A DNA stretch of 7,218 bases from the NCBI RefSeq assembly GCF_006345805.1, contig NW_021828943.1, positions 1 through 7,218 of the forward strand, given 5' to 3'. The notes beneath the pieces are model-generated. The model was given only the letters and a program-made list of their open reading frames with translations. It searched no databases and was not told where the DNA came from. Positions 6,605 through 7,218 of the stretch are shown here, piece after piece (the first letter of the stretch is position 1; every line of letters begins with the position of its first letter). A program made the position numbers and the translations under genes. Source of the DNA: Octopus sinensis. Its lineage: Eukaryota.

Positions 6605-6847
6605 AAATCCAGGGTACGTTGTAGAAAAATGGGGTAATATTGGGGTGGCCAAAGAGCGGCGGGTACGATGGATGTAAAAACAACAAAATAATGGATTAAT
6701 GAGGTTTACGTTTTATTTGTGAAATGCGGTTGTTTTTAATTTGCTGCAGAAAATGGCCCATGTTTGTGGTTGGGAGTCGGGCGGGGTGCTAGGAACGTGG
6801 CCTGGGCGCCAAGTGGGAAGTAAACTGAAAAAGTTTGGGGCCCACTG
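6605..6847. mobile_element. Probable hAT/Charlie-like non-autonomous element fragment (one recognisable terminus at 6847)
   Basis: AAAAAGTTTGGGGCCCACTG (6828-6847) resembles Charlie-type ends (reverse complement of CAGTGGTTCCCAAACTTTTT). The other end and an 8-bp TSD are not established. Confidence 0.45.
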
Positions 6848-7167
6848 ATTTATCTCAACGCATTCCAGTTACCCTTCAATGGCGCCGATATCCGAAACCT
6901 GCCAGAGGAAAAAGGAAGCTTGCTGACTCAGTTTGTTGGTCAGACAGATCACGGATGTCCAATAACACATAGGACGCCGATATTTCAACTGTTACAGACA
7001 ACACACAATCTATCTTGTCTCGGTGATGGACGTGTTTGGTTATCGCCTGGAATCGTTGGCGATTACGAAGACACGGTGCCGTGACTTTCGGAGATTAGAA
7101 GGAGACGGTTGTTGTGTTATGTAGCATACGGCGAAATATTGCGATATTACATATCACGCAAAGACTT

Positions 7168-7212
7168 ATCTCTTTCTTTCTCTGTCTCTCTTTATTTATT
7201 TCTCTCTCTCTC
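7168..7212 (+). repeat. (CT)-rich pyrimidine tract
   Basis: tctctttctttctctgtctctctttatttatttctctctctctcc. Confidence 0.8.
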
Positions 7213-7218
7213 CTAACT

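Noticed and set aside
6766-6840. G-quadruplex candidate
   Set aside because: The fourth G-tract is about 17 nt away, and the sequence lies within a probable transposon end.

Overview
AT-rich, microsatellite-laden eukaryotic non-coding DNA. The SINE families look like those I recognise from Octopus/cephalopod genomes, so the taxon is an inference from repeat content. I can support no intact protein-coding gene; the supplied ORFs come from microsatellites or repeats. The window is a stack of mobile-element relics: a pogo/Tigger-like MITE with perfect TIRs (1851-2578) holding a nested piggyBac-like MITE (2306-2535); an old ~530-bp inverted-repeat structure (about 2594-3122) whose arms each begin with a Penelope-type minimal hammerhead-ribozyme-like motif; two CORE-type tRNA-SINE copies (3242-3684, 4813-5261); an RTE-clade LINE relic (about 3785-4300); a mariner deletion derivative (about 4506-4690); a minus-strand SINE 3' fragment; a 280-bp-period SINE trimer (5811-6604); and a hAT-like terminus (6847). 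The best lead is the divergent pair of hammerhead-like motifs, which share a U3-A8 core variant and show apparent covariation in stem II. None of this was checked by database search.
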